The notes below the pieces were generated by a model. It was not told the DNA's origin. It did not search any database and was given only the letters and a program-made list of their open reading frames with translations. Positions 31,601-39,407 of a stretch of 64,000 nucleotides of DNA are shown here, piece by piece. The translations under genes and the position numbers were made by a program. The stretch is from an uncultured Verrucomicrobiae bacterium (lineage in GTDB: Bacteria > Verrucomicrobiota > Verrucomicrobiia > Limisphaerales > JAFGQR01), in the NCBI GenBank assembly GCA_963788655.1, contig CAWBHS010000057.1, positions 1-64,000 on the forward strand. Reading direction: 5' to 3'. The number at the start of each line of letters is the position of its first letter. The first letter of the stretch is position 1.

Positions 31601-33144
31601 ACGGCGGTCAGCACGTAATGGCCCAACGGAACGTTTGACCAAGTCAGCGAAAACGGCGGGCGCACGGCCGACAGCGCCAGCGGATTGTTGGTCACCACGC
31701 CGAGGCTGTTGGTGCCTTCGAAGAACTCCACCGACACCACGCGGCCATCATAATCCCAGGCCACCGCCGCAATTTGGATGTTGACCGGCGCGATAAACAC
31801 CGTGCCGTCCAACGGGCGCACAATCTCCGCCACCGGCGGGCGATTGGGCGGCAGGTCATTGTCATGGATGACGGCCCGCGCCGAATCCGGCTGGCCGACG
31901 CGGTAACAATCGCGCGGCGGCGGATAGATGGCGATACATACCGGCGGCACAATCGTCAGCACCACAGATTCGTCGCCTTCGACGAGGTTGTCATCGATTG
32001 GTTCCACCACCACGTCCACCGTGCGCTCGCCTTCCGGAATCGTGACCGACAGGGGCAGTTCCTGGTAATCCTCACCGTTCACGGCGGTGCCACTCAAGCG
32101 ATACCAGACAGTCATCGGGAAATCATTGCTGCCCGTCCGATAAATGGTGAACGCAGCCGTGTCCAGCCGCGTGCCGGAGGGATCCGGCTCCGTGGCTTCA
32201 GGATCCGTGGCGCGCACTCGCACGATGGGTTGCGGCGGGGCTTCGAGGACTTTGATCTCGACCGGCTCCGAGGTGGCGGTGGCTCCGTGATTGTCAGTGG
32301 CCACGGCGGTTAACTCGTACGCGCCGGGTTGCACATTGTCCCATACCAAGCGGAAGAGGTTGATGGGAATCGGAATTGGAATCGGAAGAGGATCGGGGAT
32401 TGCAGATGAATTCGCTGCCAATTCCAAATCAGGATATACGTCGGGCGCCATCGTCACCAGATTGGCGGGATCAGTCACCGCAATCGGCTCGGGGCGAATG
32501 ATCGGCGGGCGGTTGGTGACGATGCCCAGGCTGGTGCCATTCGCGAAGAACTCGACCGTTAACACCCGGCCATCCGGATCGTCCGCGCGGGCCACCAGCG
32601 CGAGGTCCACCGGTGCGGTGAACACGGCGCCATCGGGCGGATTGGTGATCTTGACGACTGGCGGCTGGTTCGTCGGTTCCGCATCGTTGTCTTCGATATA
32701 GGCCACGGCGATGCTGGGCCAACTCACGATGTAAGGCGGTGGCCAACTCGGTGGCTGATCCAACGCCGCCACTACCGTTTCGCCACCTTCGATTGAAAAG
32801 TCATCGATGGGCGTTACGGTGATCGGCGCCAGATAAGCTCCTTCGGGAATGGTAACGGTGCCAGGGAGGGCTTCGTAGTCAGTTCCATTCTCCGCCGTGC
32901 CACCCAAGACATAAGAAACCGTCAGTGGCACATTGGTCGGTCCAAGCCGCAACACGTAAAACGTGGCGGGATCCGATCCTTCCTCCGCAGCATCGGGATC
33001 AATGGCCAGGATGTGAACTACCGGTGGCCAGTCCGCGGGATCGCCGGGCGGATCATCCGCAGCCAGGAGTTTGGGAGAAATGCCGGCAAACGCCAGTAGC
33101 GCGAGCAGCAGGATAAAAGATTCAAACGGACGTTTCGCATTCAT
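28681..33144 (-). CDS. Secreted protein with alternating Calx-beta and bacterial Ig-like domains
   Basis: Signal peptide, five Calx-beta units (V.I.A.DP.A.E...GTA.NG.DY...DD..VEG.E.V) alternating with Ig-like units (PP.V.I..P.DG..F..P...VEFF...LTA.ATDN.G). C-terminus RFFRV. Confidence 0.9.
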   Translation of the reverse strand: MNAKRPFESFILLLALLAFAGISPKLLAADDPPGDPADWPPVVHILAIDPDAAEEGSDPATFYVLRLGPTNVPLTVSYVLGGTAENGTDYEALPGTVTIPEGAYLAPITVTPIDDFSIEGGETVVAALDQPPSWPPPYIVSWPSIAVAYIEDNDAEPTNQPPVVKITNPPDGAVFTAPVDLALVARADDPDGRVLTVEFFANGTSLGIVTNRPPIIRPEPIAVTDPANLVTMAPDVYPDLELAANSSAIPDPLPIPIPIPINLFRLVWDNVQPGAYELTAVATDNHGATATSEPVEIKVLEAPPQPIVRVRATDPEATEPDPSGTRLDTAAFTIYRTGSNDFPMTVWYRLSGTAVNGEDYQELPLSVTIPEGERTVDVVVEPIDDNLVEGDESVVLTIVPPVCIAIYPPPRDCYRVGQPDSARAVIHDNDLPPNRPPVAEIVRPLDGTVFIAPVNIQIAAVAWDYDGRVVSVEFFEGTNSLGVVTNNPLALSAVRPPFSLTWSNVPLGHYVLTAVATDNEGAHGRSKPVEIKVVPRPLPPVVTIEATDPIASEPGVLTVIDTATFTVHRTGNTGERLLVQYRIGGTADNGVDYRRISGQVIIPSGSATAEIVIDPLDDTLVEGPESVVLKLEPPLCIAVYPPPTDCYYVVGNPGAARVVIRDNDEPPANLPPKVAIVRPVEGEVFKPYSDLPIYATAADADGWVRTVEFFANDHSLGIVTNHLRQMNGTDANSLTSIEASLDQLFRLVWSNVPPGGYTMTAVATDNEGAATKSNPVRIRVLEFPLPPVVTIVATDPYASEGDIDPWPVPLDPNTADGNPALIGPPIALRPNTATFTVRRSTGTNVDLIVYYSVSGTAKNGEDYRELPGKVTIPQGAWWANIVVFPVDDNLVEPTETVAVALEPVACEKILPPPLDCYVVGDPGKAQAYIRDNDFNQSPKVEIVSPANDAVFRAPADIEIDVVTRDPDGWVHRVEFYEGNRLIGFQEIYFFVAPPPGQVQKFSMTWTNVPVGNYVLTARAYDNLGGQSASDPVRIKVVNIPPLPVVTIQATDPVGSEIDPRLDRIPDPAVFTVKRSGDLSQPLRVYYNVSGTAENGVDYMKLSGEVDIPENSATAPIVIDVIDDKLVEGTESVVIALEQLRCVTTDETFVDGCYIVGQPGRDVAYIRDDDSLPNRPPTVAIVNPPNGAVFTAPADIRLVAAADDPDGWVATVEFFANDHSLGVVTNRPWIVEPVRLPDLQGAILSNTQPLPVPVPNPFVLNWTGVTAGGYELTAVATDNLGAGTRSRPIKIKVLEANHPPVVAIVAVDGLAREGTDNNAAFLVFRVGATNAPLTVNYRIEGSAQNGVDYDRIPNTVTIPEGHHAARIRIHALDDGIAEPIETVLLHLQPVDATLYEIGQPESAGAIIVDNDAPPPPTRELVDGRLHVYMALPDGLPYRLEVSTNLIDWEPVISNAVTEDEVHFVDDVQTNAAHRFFRVVPEVELLNQE

Positions 33145-33186
33145 AGACGAGTTGTGTTTCGGTTTTAACAGAGTTCATTTCCAATT

Positions 33187-33201
33187 GCTAGATACGTGCC
33201 A
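33187..33201 (-). promoter_or_regulatory. Sigma-54 (-24/-12) promoter of the Calx-beta/Ig gene
   Basis: Minus strand TGGCACGTATCTAGC with exact GG-N10-GC spacing, 42 nt before the ATG. Confidence 0.7.
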
Positions 33202-33276
33202 GTTTGTAGATTTGCTCGGACGCAGTTGATGATCAACGGATTAACTGCGGAGTTGATGAGAAGGGCGCGAGGAGTT

Positions 33277-33292
33277 TGGGTCATATTCCCCA
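33277..33292. promoter_or_regulatory. Candidate enhancer (UAS) palindrome TGGG-N8-CCCA
   Basis: TGGGTCATATTCCCCA, with a degenerate partner AGGG-N8-CCCA at 33310-33325. The same pattern occurs upstream of the second sigma-54 promoter. Confidence 0.5.
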
Positions 33293-33389
33293 GCAAATGA
33301 GACTTTGGCAGGGGGGAGGCACCCAACTCAGAGGATGCCAGATGCCGGATACCGGATGCCGGAAGGCAAATGAGTCATGCCCGAAGGAA

Positions 33390-33585
33390 TGGGGAGCACA
33401 GGCGCCTCGCCTGTCGGTCGGTGCGCCTCGCGCCGACCGCGAATGGAGAAAGGGGTTACGAATAAACACCAGCGCCCGTCAAATGTCGGCAATTGTAAAA
33501 CCACTGAATAGTAAATGGAACCGATGCGGTTGAACACTGGTTGGCGAGGCGCCAACCAAAACGCCCGAGGCGGGCGTGCTCCCCA
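33390..33585. repeat. REP/MITE-like element with inverted ends
   Basis: TGGGGAGCAC (33390-33399) and GTGCTCCCCA (33576-33585), each end carrying internal hairpins. Preceded by GATGCC[AG] heptamers at about 33334-33361. Confidence 0.65.
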
Positions 33586-33588
33586 ACG

Positions 33589-35871
33589 TCATTCCGCCTT
33601 GAGGGTCGCGCGGTAAAACTCCGTTTCCGGCTGATTGGTGCCGCTGACGGTTTCCACGTAATAAAGCACGCCGGACGGATCAAAGATTTCGAAGGGCGGA
33701 CCGACCGACCAGATTCTCGGCTCAACATCGCCCGCTCGATCCAAGGTAAACTGTTGGTCCGTTTTGCCGCCAAAAAGAAACAAGTTCTCGAACGTCGTCC
33801 CATTGGTTTCGGCCAGCCGGGAATAGGCCAGGATTTGCACCGGCGTCAGATCGGGAATGATTTGACTGCGGAGGATCACGCCCTCCACGCCTACGGTCGC
33901 CAGTTGTTTGGAGTCGGTAGCCACACCATACAGGGATTTGTTCTTGGTCAACGTGCCCCGGTTTTCCCAATCGTTGAGGTTGGTGCTAGTCAGAACGGTG
34001 CCGAACGTCCCCACGACGAACCACGTGTCGTCAACGAAAGTCACGTCATTCAGCCAATACGCCGTGCCGCTGTTTCGGGACGTCCAATCGCTGCCGTTCG
34101 TACTGGTGAGGAGGGTCCCGTTTTGTCCGACCGCCACCAAGATTCCATTCAAATAGCGGACACGATACAGCCAGTTGGTAGTGCCCGACGCGCGCAATGT
34201 CCAACGGGCACCGTCCGCGCTGGTAATGATCGCGCCATCATCGCCACTGGCCACCAAGCCGCCCGGCCATTCGGTCAGGCCCGAAAGAAACTTCGTGGTC
34301 GGCGTGGTCCGGACAGTCCAATTCGTACCATCGACACTGGTCAGGATGGTGCCGTATGCGCCGGAAACCACATACACGCTATTGCTGAGCGCGGCCACTC
34401 CCTGCAAATCAAACGTGGTCGGAACGCCTGGAACCGGATACCACAGCACTCCCAGGGAACTGACCGACTGGGTCACGGCACCGCCCGTCGCGTTCGTCAC
34501 CACAATGTTCGACAGGATGTTTGGGCTCGCAATCATGCTGCCGCCGTCGCCAACGGCCAGGAGCAGATTCGTCGTACCTCCGACACCCAGAAAGGTCGTA
34601 TTCGTGGCTTGCGTCGGCACCACTTCCAACGACCAACTCACTCCGTTGCCGCTGGTCATCACGGTGCCGAAGTCGCCAACCGTCACATAAAGGAACGAGG
34701 CGTAGGTCACATCCCAGAGCCAGTTGCGCACGGAATCGTATGGGGTCAGCCAAAAATAGGGTGTGCCGTTGGTCTGATAGCCTTCGGATTGCATGCCCGA
34801 CTGGCCGGCGATCAGGAAAAAGCCGGATTGCCCGATGCAACTGTAATAGGTCCAATCCGGTGGCCCATTCGTTTTGGCCAATTCATCGCCCCACACCGAA
34901 TCGTCCTTCAGCCGCACTTCGTGGTAACCGGCGACAATTTGGTCCGCGCCGCCGGCACAAGTGTTTTCCAGGCCGTTCGCGGCACCGGTGTTTTCGGGAT
35001 ACCACGTCACGCCGGCGTTGGTGCTGATCAAGGCAACGCCGGCGTCGCCCACCGCCACAAATCGGTTTGCGGCATAACGAACGCGATTCAAGTGATTGGT
35101 GACACCGCTGACTTGGGCCACCCAATTCGTACCGTTCGTACTGCGGAGAATGGTCCCCTCACGACCAACCGCGACAAACGCTCCACTGCCATACGATACT
35201 CCGCGCAACCATTCGGAAGTGCCGCTGTCCTGCCGTTTCCAGATGATGCCGTCCGGGCTGGTGTACAGCGCACCGAAGTCGCCAACCGCCACCACCAGCG
35301 AAGCGGACGCCATGGCCGCTTCCAGCCAATCGTCCGTGGGTCCATCCACCAAGGTGCCGAATTGGAAGTCGCTCACGTCATCGGCGTAAAGCACCCGGCC
35401 GCTCTCGCCGGTAATCACAATACGACTGCCAAAGAACGTCACCGCCCGCAACGAATCCGTGGTGTGGCTTTCACGCGGCAGCCACAGACTCAAATCGTCA
35501 CTGGTATAAATCTGGCCGCGTTCGGCGACTTGTACGCCGAGAAAGAGGCTCGATGAGTAGGCCATATCAACCACGTTGCCTCCGTGCGGCAGTGGATTCG
35601 ACCAATGCCAACGAAGCGGGTAAGTGACGGCCGACAGATTCGATCCCAAAAACAGCAGCAGGCTGAAGACCAAGCGCAACAACCGGCCGCATCCCCGCGA
35701 GGTTTTGGAGTGCGGCAGTCCTCTGCCGCTTTGCGCGCGCGGGCCAACCGTAGAAAGTGGCAGAGGACTGCCGCACTCCAAGACGCTGTCGCGCCTTATG
35801 AAGGCTCTACGTAAGGCTGCATCCGCAGCGCGCAATTGTTTTGGCGCGATGGTCGGTTGCCTAAAACACAT
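33589..35871 (-). CDS. Secreted BNR/Asp-box (beta-propeller) repeat protein; start uncertain
   Basis: Repeated L..V.Y....FVAVG..GTILTS.DG..W units after a signal peptide (RLLRLVFSLLLFLGSNLSA). C-terminus EFYRA. Confidence 0.85.
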   Translation of the reverse strand: MCFRQPTIAPKQLRAADAALRRAFIRRDSVLECGSPLPLSTVGPRAQSGRGLPHSKTSRGCGRLLRLVFSLLLFLGSNLSAVTYPLRWHWSNPLPHGGNVVDMAYSSSLFLGVQVAERGQIYTSDDLSLWLPRESHTTDSLRAVTFFGSRIVITGESGRVLYADDVSDFQFGTLVDGPTDDWLEAAMASASLVVAVGDFGALYTSPDGIIWKRQDSGTSEWLRGVSYGSGAFVAVGREGTILRSTNGTNWVAQVSGVTNHLNRVRYAANRFVAVGDAGVALISTNAGVTWYPENTGAANGLENTCAGGADQIVAGYHEVRLKDDSVWGDELAKTNGPPDWTYYSCIGQSGFFLIAGQSGMQSEGYQTNGTPYFWLTPYDSVRNWLWDVTYASFLYVTVGDFGTVMTSGNGVSWSLEVVPTQATNTTFLGVGGTTNLLLAVGDGGSMIASPNILSNIVVTNATGGAVTQSVSSLGVLWYPVPGVPTTFDLQGVAALSNSVYVVSGAYGTILTSVDGTNWTVRTTPTTKFLSGLTEWPGGLVASGDDGAIITSADGARWTLRASGTTNWLYRVRYLNGILVAVGQNGTLLTSTNGSDWTSRNSGTAYWLNDVTFVDDTWFVVGTFGTVLTSTNLNDWENRGTLTKNKSLYGVATDSKQLATVGVEGVILRSQIIPDLTPVQILAYSRLAETNGTTFENLFLFGGKTDQQFTLDRAGDVEPRIWSVGPPFEIFDPSGVLYYVETVSGTNQPETEFYRATLKAE
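35705..35781. repeat. REP-like element with 28-bp inverted arms
   Basis: TTGGAGTGCGGCAGTCCTCTGCCGCTTT (35705-35732), 21-nt loop, AAAGTGGCAGAGGACTGCCGCACTCCAA (35754-35781); one mismatch. Confidence 0.9.
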
Positions 35872-35892
35872 GTTTTCGAGTCGGCTATCTGA

Positions 35893-37383
35893 TTATCTGA
35901 TTACGGAAACCGACGTTTCTTCTGCGGTTTCCGGGTGCTGGGTCACTGGCAAAGTTAGCACAAAAACGCATCCGTGCGGATGGCAATTCTTCAACGCCAA
36001 TTCGGCCCCGAGGTGATGGGCCAGTTGCTGGCTCAATGCCAAACCAATCCCGCAACCGCCTTCCTTGGTGGTTCGGCACGGTGCAAATGGCGTGAGGTCT
36101 TCGGGAAAGCCCGGGCCTTCATCCTTCACCTCGAACCGGAGCTGCTCGTCCGCACTCGTGATTGCCAAAGTGACCGTTCCACCGGCCGGGGTCGCTTGGA
36201 GGGCGTTCTGCACCAGATTGACGAGAATGAGAGCCACCAACTGCGCAGGCCGATTGGGAAGTTCATCGTCCACGTCGCTTTCCGTCATCAATCGAACCTG
36301 CGTTTCATCGGCCGCCGCCGCCACCCGTTGCCGGATCATTCCAATGAGTTCGCTGATGGAGATTTCGTAGTTGGTTCCCGTTTGTTCCTCGCGCAACACG
36401 CTGACCACCTGGCCGATCATGGCCTGCATGCGGCGCGTAGAAGTCACGGCTTGCTGCCAATCCGCCGCTTCCTCATCGCCCGGTCCGCTGCCGCGTGCTG
36501 TCATGTAGCTTTGCAAACCGGCGAGCGGATTCTTCAATCCGTGGATCAAATGGGCGGTCACAGATCCCAAGGCCGTGGTCTTGACCGCCAGGGCCAATTC
36601 CTGGTTCGCGCGCAGCAAATTCTCGCTGCGCTCGGCGAGCAGAAGCTGGGTTTGCCGCAAGCGGTGGAAGGCCCAGCCAATCGCGAGCACCAGCATCCCA
36701 CCGCCGGCCACGAACACCAACAACGCCTGCAATGCCAATTGCCGGTCCAGCCGGATGTATTCAGCGGCAATGCTTTGACCTTCGATCAGAAACTGCGCAA
36801 CACCGGCCAATTGCCGCACCTGCCGACTGTGCAACGGGACGTTCACTTCCAGCATGGGAAGAGTGCGTTCGCCAGTTTGGCGATCACCCTTCTCCGGATG
36901 GAACAGTGCGTCCGAGCGCATCTCACCCCGGAATCGGCTGACCGGCTGGAGTCGTTGCAGTTCGGGCAGATCGCCTCGGTCCAATCCGCCTTCCAATACG
37001 TAAGGCGGAAATGCCCCCACGAAACGGCCGGAGGCGTCAAACAGACGAATCCCCAGCACACCGGCCAGTTGCGAACTCTTCAGCACCACGCCCAATTGGC
37101 TGCCCACGTCACTGATCGGCCCGGCAATTCCCTGGGCCAGGTCATTCTCGTATTCCATCAATACGACCGCGTGCAGCACCTCCGCATCCCGTTGGGCCAT
37201 CTGCCGCCGGATGCCGCCGCGCACCTGCCAAGTCGTGAGTGCGATCGCGCCGCCAAGGATCAACAAGGTCAGCCCCATGACCAGCCTGGGCAACCGCTTC
37301 GAGCGGAGCATCATTTGCCGGAGTTGGACGACTTTTTCCACGGATGGTCTCGTTGCGGTTTGGGGCGGTGCTAGAATTCCCAA
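35893..37383 (-). CDS. Membrane sensor histidine kinase (likely start ATG 37314)
   Basis: Two TM segments around a periplasmic domain. H box AHLIHGLKNPL, N box NLVQNALQA, DEGPG, G.GIGLA. Confidence 0.9.
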   Translation of the reverse strand: MGILAPPQTATRPSVEKVVQLRQMMLRSKRLPRLVMGLTLLILGGAIALTTWQVRGGIRRQMAQRDAEVLHAVVLMEYENDLAQGIAGPISDVGSQLGVVLKSSQLAGVLGIRLFDASGRFVGAFPPYVLEGGLDRGDLPELQRLQPVSRFRGEMRSDALFHPEKGDRQTGERTLPMLEVNVPLHSRQVRQLAGVAQFLIEGQSIAAEYIRLDRQLALQALLVFVAGGGMLVLAIGWAFHRLRQTQLLLAERSENLLRANQELALAVKTTALGSVTAHLIHGLKNPLAGLQSYMTARGSGPGDEEAADWQQAVTSTRRMQAMIGQVVSVLREEQTGTNYEISISELIGMIRQRVAAAADETQVRLMTESDVDDELPNRPAQLVALILVNLVQNALQATPAGGTVTLAITSADEQLRFEVKDEGPGFPEDLTPFAPCRTTKEGGCGIGLALSQQLAHHLGAELALKNCHPHGCVFVLTLPVTQHPETAEETSVSVIR

Positions 37384-38510
37384 TCCATCCCGGCGTTGAA
37401 ACTGTTCACGGTGTACGATTCCAACTCCAGGTTGGACACCGTGCGTTCATACTCGTAGCCGGCCACCAGCCGAAGCGATTTAGCCAGGCGCCGTTCACAG
37501 CCGGCGGACAGGCCGATCTCGGTACGCTCGCGGTGCCGGAGGTCGGTGAGGCTGACGGTCTGCACGGGATACCGATAATAAGCAACGCGCACGCGCGCGC
37601 TCAGTTCCCAAACCTGGGTGCGGTAACGTAGTTCTTCGGAGCCGGAAAGACGGTCGTAATCGAAATACCTGCCGCCATTGTCGCGATTGACTTTCAAGCC
37701 CAGCTTGGTGGTGGTCCGCCAGTGGCGGGCTGCATCCCAGTAATGCCGCCAAGTCACGCGCCCCTCGTGCGCCAGAAACCGGCGGTGCGTTCCGGTCATC
37801 GTCGTCCCCTCGCTGTCCAACGCCGGGTCATTGTCGTACGCGCGCCATGCCGCTTGGTAGCTCAGGGTCAAGTAGGATTGGTGGCCATAGTCCAATCCCA
37901 GTTCCGCCCGCGGGCCGCCTTCCCAGTAATCATCCAGCGGCGCAACCAACAACTGCCGAGTCAACGGCGTACTCAAGGCCAGCCAAGTGGGACCCAGGAG
38001 ATTAAGCCGCAGTCCGGGACGCGCCGTCAGCGTGTGGCCGCGGACCAGCACGGCCTGGCGATTGGTTTCGCTGATCGAAACGTCGAGCACCTGGTTTTGA
38101 AAGATATACTCCGCCGCCAACGAAGCTTGACCGTGATCGTGAATCGGGAGCTTCAATTCGGCCGTCCCAAACACGAGGTCTTCGTTGTCCACCGAGGGCG
38201 CTGAAAAGTACTGCCGATGCTCGCCGGACACGAAGGCCTGGAACTGCGGACCGTCGGGATTCAGATTGAAGACCATCGCGTCGGCGCCCAGCTTGACAAA
38301 CGAACTGCCTTCTGGGTCGGTGTGGGCGAGGGTGGGGTTGTCCTTGTAACCGCCGGCAGCGTGCAAAACGATCAAGTGATCCCATTTAGGCAGCAAGGGC
38401 AGCACGTCATTGGTTTGCGCCAACGCGTTCAGTCCGGAGCATCCGAGAAGGGTAGCGGCCATCATTCGGTTCCATTTTACTGCGGGCCGCCCTAAGATGC
38501 CAAATCCCAT
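37371..38510 (-). CDS. Putative outer-membrane beta-barrel protein
   Basis: Signal peptide, GY.DN near the N-terminus, alternating amphipathic strands rich in Y/W/R, and terminal AGMDWEF beta-signal-like end. Confidence 0.7.
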   Translation of the reverse strand: MGFGILGRPAVKWNRMMAATLLGCSGLNALAQTNDVLPLLPKWDHLIVLHAAGGYKDNPTLAHTDPEGSSFVKLGADAMVFNLNPDGPQFQAFVSGEHRQYFSAPSVDNEDLVFGTAELKLPIHDHGQASLAAEYIFQNQVLDVSISETNRQAVLVRGHTLTARPGLRLNLLGPTWLALSTPLTRQLLVAPLDDYWEGGPRAELGLDYGHQSYLTLSYQAAWRAYDNDPALDSEGTTMTGTHRRFLAHEGRVTWRHYWDAARHWRTTTKLGLKVNRDNGGRYFDYDRLSGSEELRYRTQVWELSARVRVAYYRYPVQTVSLTDLRHRERTEIGLSAGCERRLAKSLRLVAGYEYERTVSNLELESYTVNSFNAGMDWEF

Positions 38511-38573
38511 GGGATCGGTAATTTGCTGGGCGACTATGGGGTCATTTTGGTCCTGGTTAGTCTCTCAAAATCG

Positions 38574-39173
38574 TCAACGCTCCCGTCCTTCCTGGTTGAG
38601 CTGGTCGCGAAGTTCCTTGATCTGATCGCGCGCCTGCTCTTTGGCATTGTCGAGCGCATTTTGACGGGCGTCCTTGAGCGTGCTGCGCAGAACTTCGTTG
38701 TAGTCTTCGGTCAGCTTCGGTCGTAATTCCCGTACGCGCTCTTCCATTTGTTCGCGACGCTCGATGGTTTTTTCCCACCATCGCTTGCGCAACTCCTCCA
38801 TCTTTTCCCGGACTTTGGCGCGTTCTTCATCCGTGGCGGCGAGCAGTTTCTTGCGTAAGGCTTCCTCCTGCTCCAAGTAGGCCCGGAGATATTTGTCAAA
38901 CCGATCCAGGCCCGCCTTCACCGCCGGCGACAATTCCTGCCGCTCGGGACGCACCGGCCGGACCAAATCGGTTCCGACTGCGGTTGGATCCAAGTCGGTC
39001 GATTTGACGGGCGTGACCACCCGACCCTCAACCGTGTTCTTGGTCGAGTCCACGGGTTGCGTGCTCGGCAAGTTGGTTTGCGCCCAGGCCCCCGAGCCTT
39101 TCCCGAGCAAACTCAACAATCCTAACACCAAAATGTATCGGCAAATTTTCATAGCAAACCTGGCGCACATCAC
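38574..39173 (-). CDS. Exported charged coiled-coil protein (resembles Spy/CpxP/ZraP in character)
   Basis: Signal peptide ending AWA-Q, a T/P-rich linker, then an E/K/R-rich helical region. Confidence 0.75.
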   Translation of the reverse strand: MMCARFAMKICRYILVLGLLSLLGKGSGAWAQTNLPSTQPVDSTKNTVEGRVVTPVKSTDLDPTAVGTDLVRPVRPERQELSPAVKAGLDRFDKYLRAYLEQEEALRKKLLAATDEERAKVREKMEELRKRWWEKTIERREQMEERVRELRPKLTEDYNEVLRSTLKDARQNALDNAKEQARDQIKELRDQLNQEGRER

Positions 39174-39234
39174 TGCGATTTGGAACGGCTACATCATTCT
39201 ATAATGCACCAAGCCCATTGCTTCAAATCTAAAG

Positions 39235-39249
39235 GCACGTGCTGTGCCA
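39235..39249 (-). promoter_or_regulatory. Sigma-54 (-24/-12) promoter of the coiled-coil/barrel/kinase unit
   Basis: Minus strand TGGCACAGCACGTGC with exact GG-N10-GC spacing. Confidence 0.7.
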
Positions 39250-39347
39250 CTTGCACGGCGGTTAAGGCAGGAACGGCATCTTTTTGCGCCTGATGCCCTT
39301 ACGGCTAGTAGCGCAGCATTGACCGGTCCAGTTCCACGCCTCGGGCC

Positions 39348-39404
39348 TGGGTGAATGTGCCAAATCCTTCGGCTGCGAGGTGCGGTTCTGGGGCTTATTT
39401 CCCA
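39348..39404. promoter_or_regulatory. Pair of candidate enhancer palindromes
   Basis: TGGGTGAATGTGCCAA (39348-39363) and TGGGGCTTATTTCCCA (39389-39404), starts 41 bp apart. Confidence 0.5.
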
Positions 39405-39407
39405 GGA

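Noticed and set aside
33541..37374. Long plus-strand ORFs of 671 aa and 466 aa
   Set aside because: They are antisense to well-supported genes in GC-rich DNA and have no recognisable motifs.
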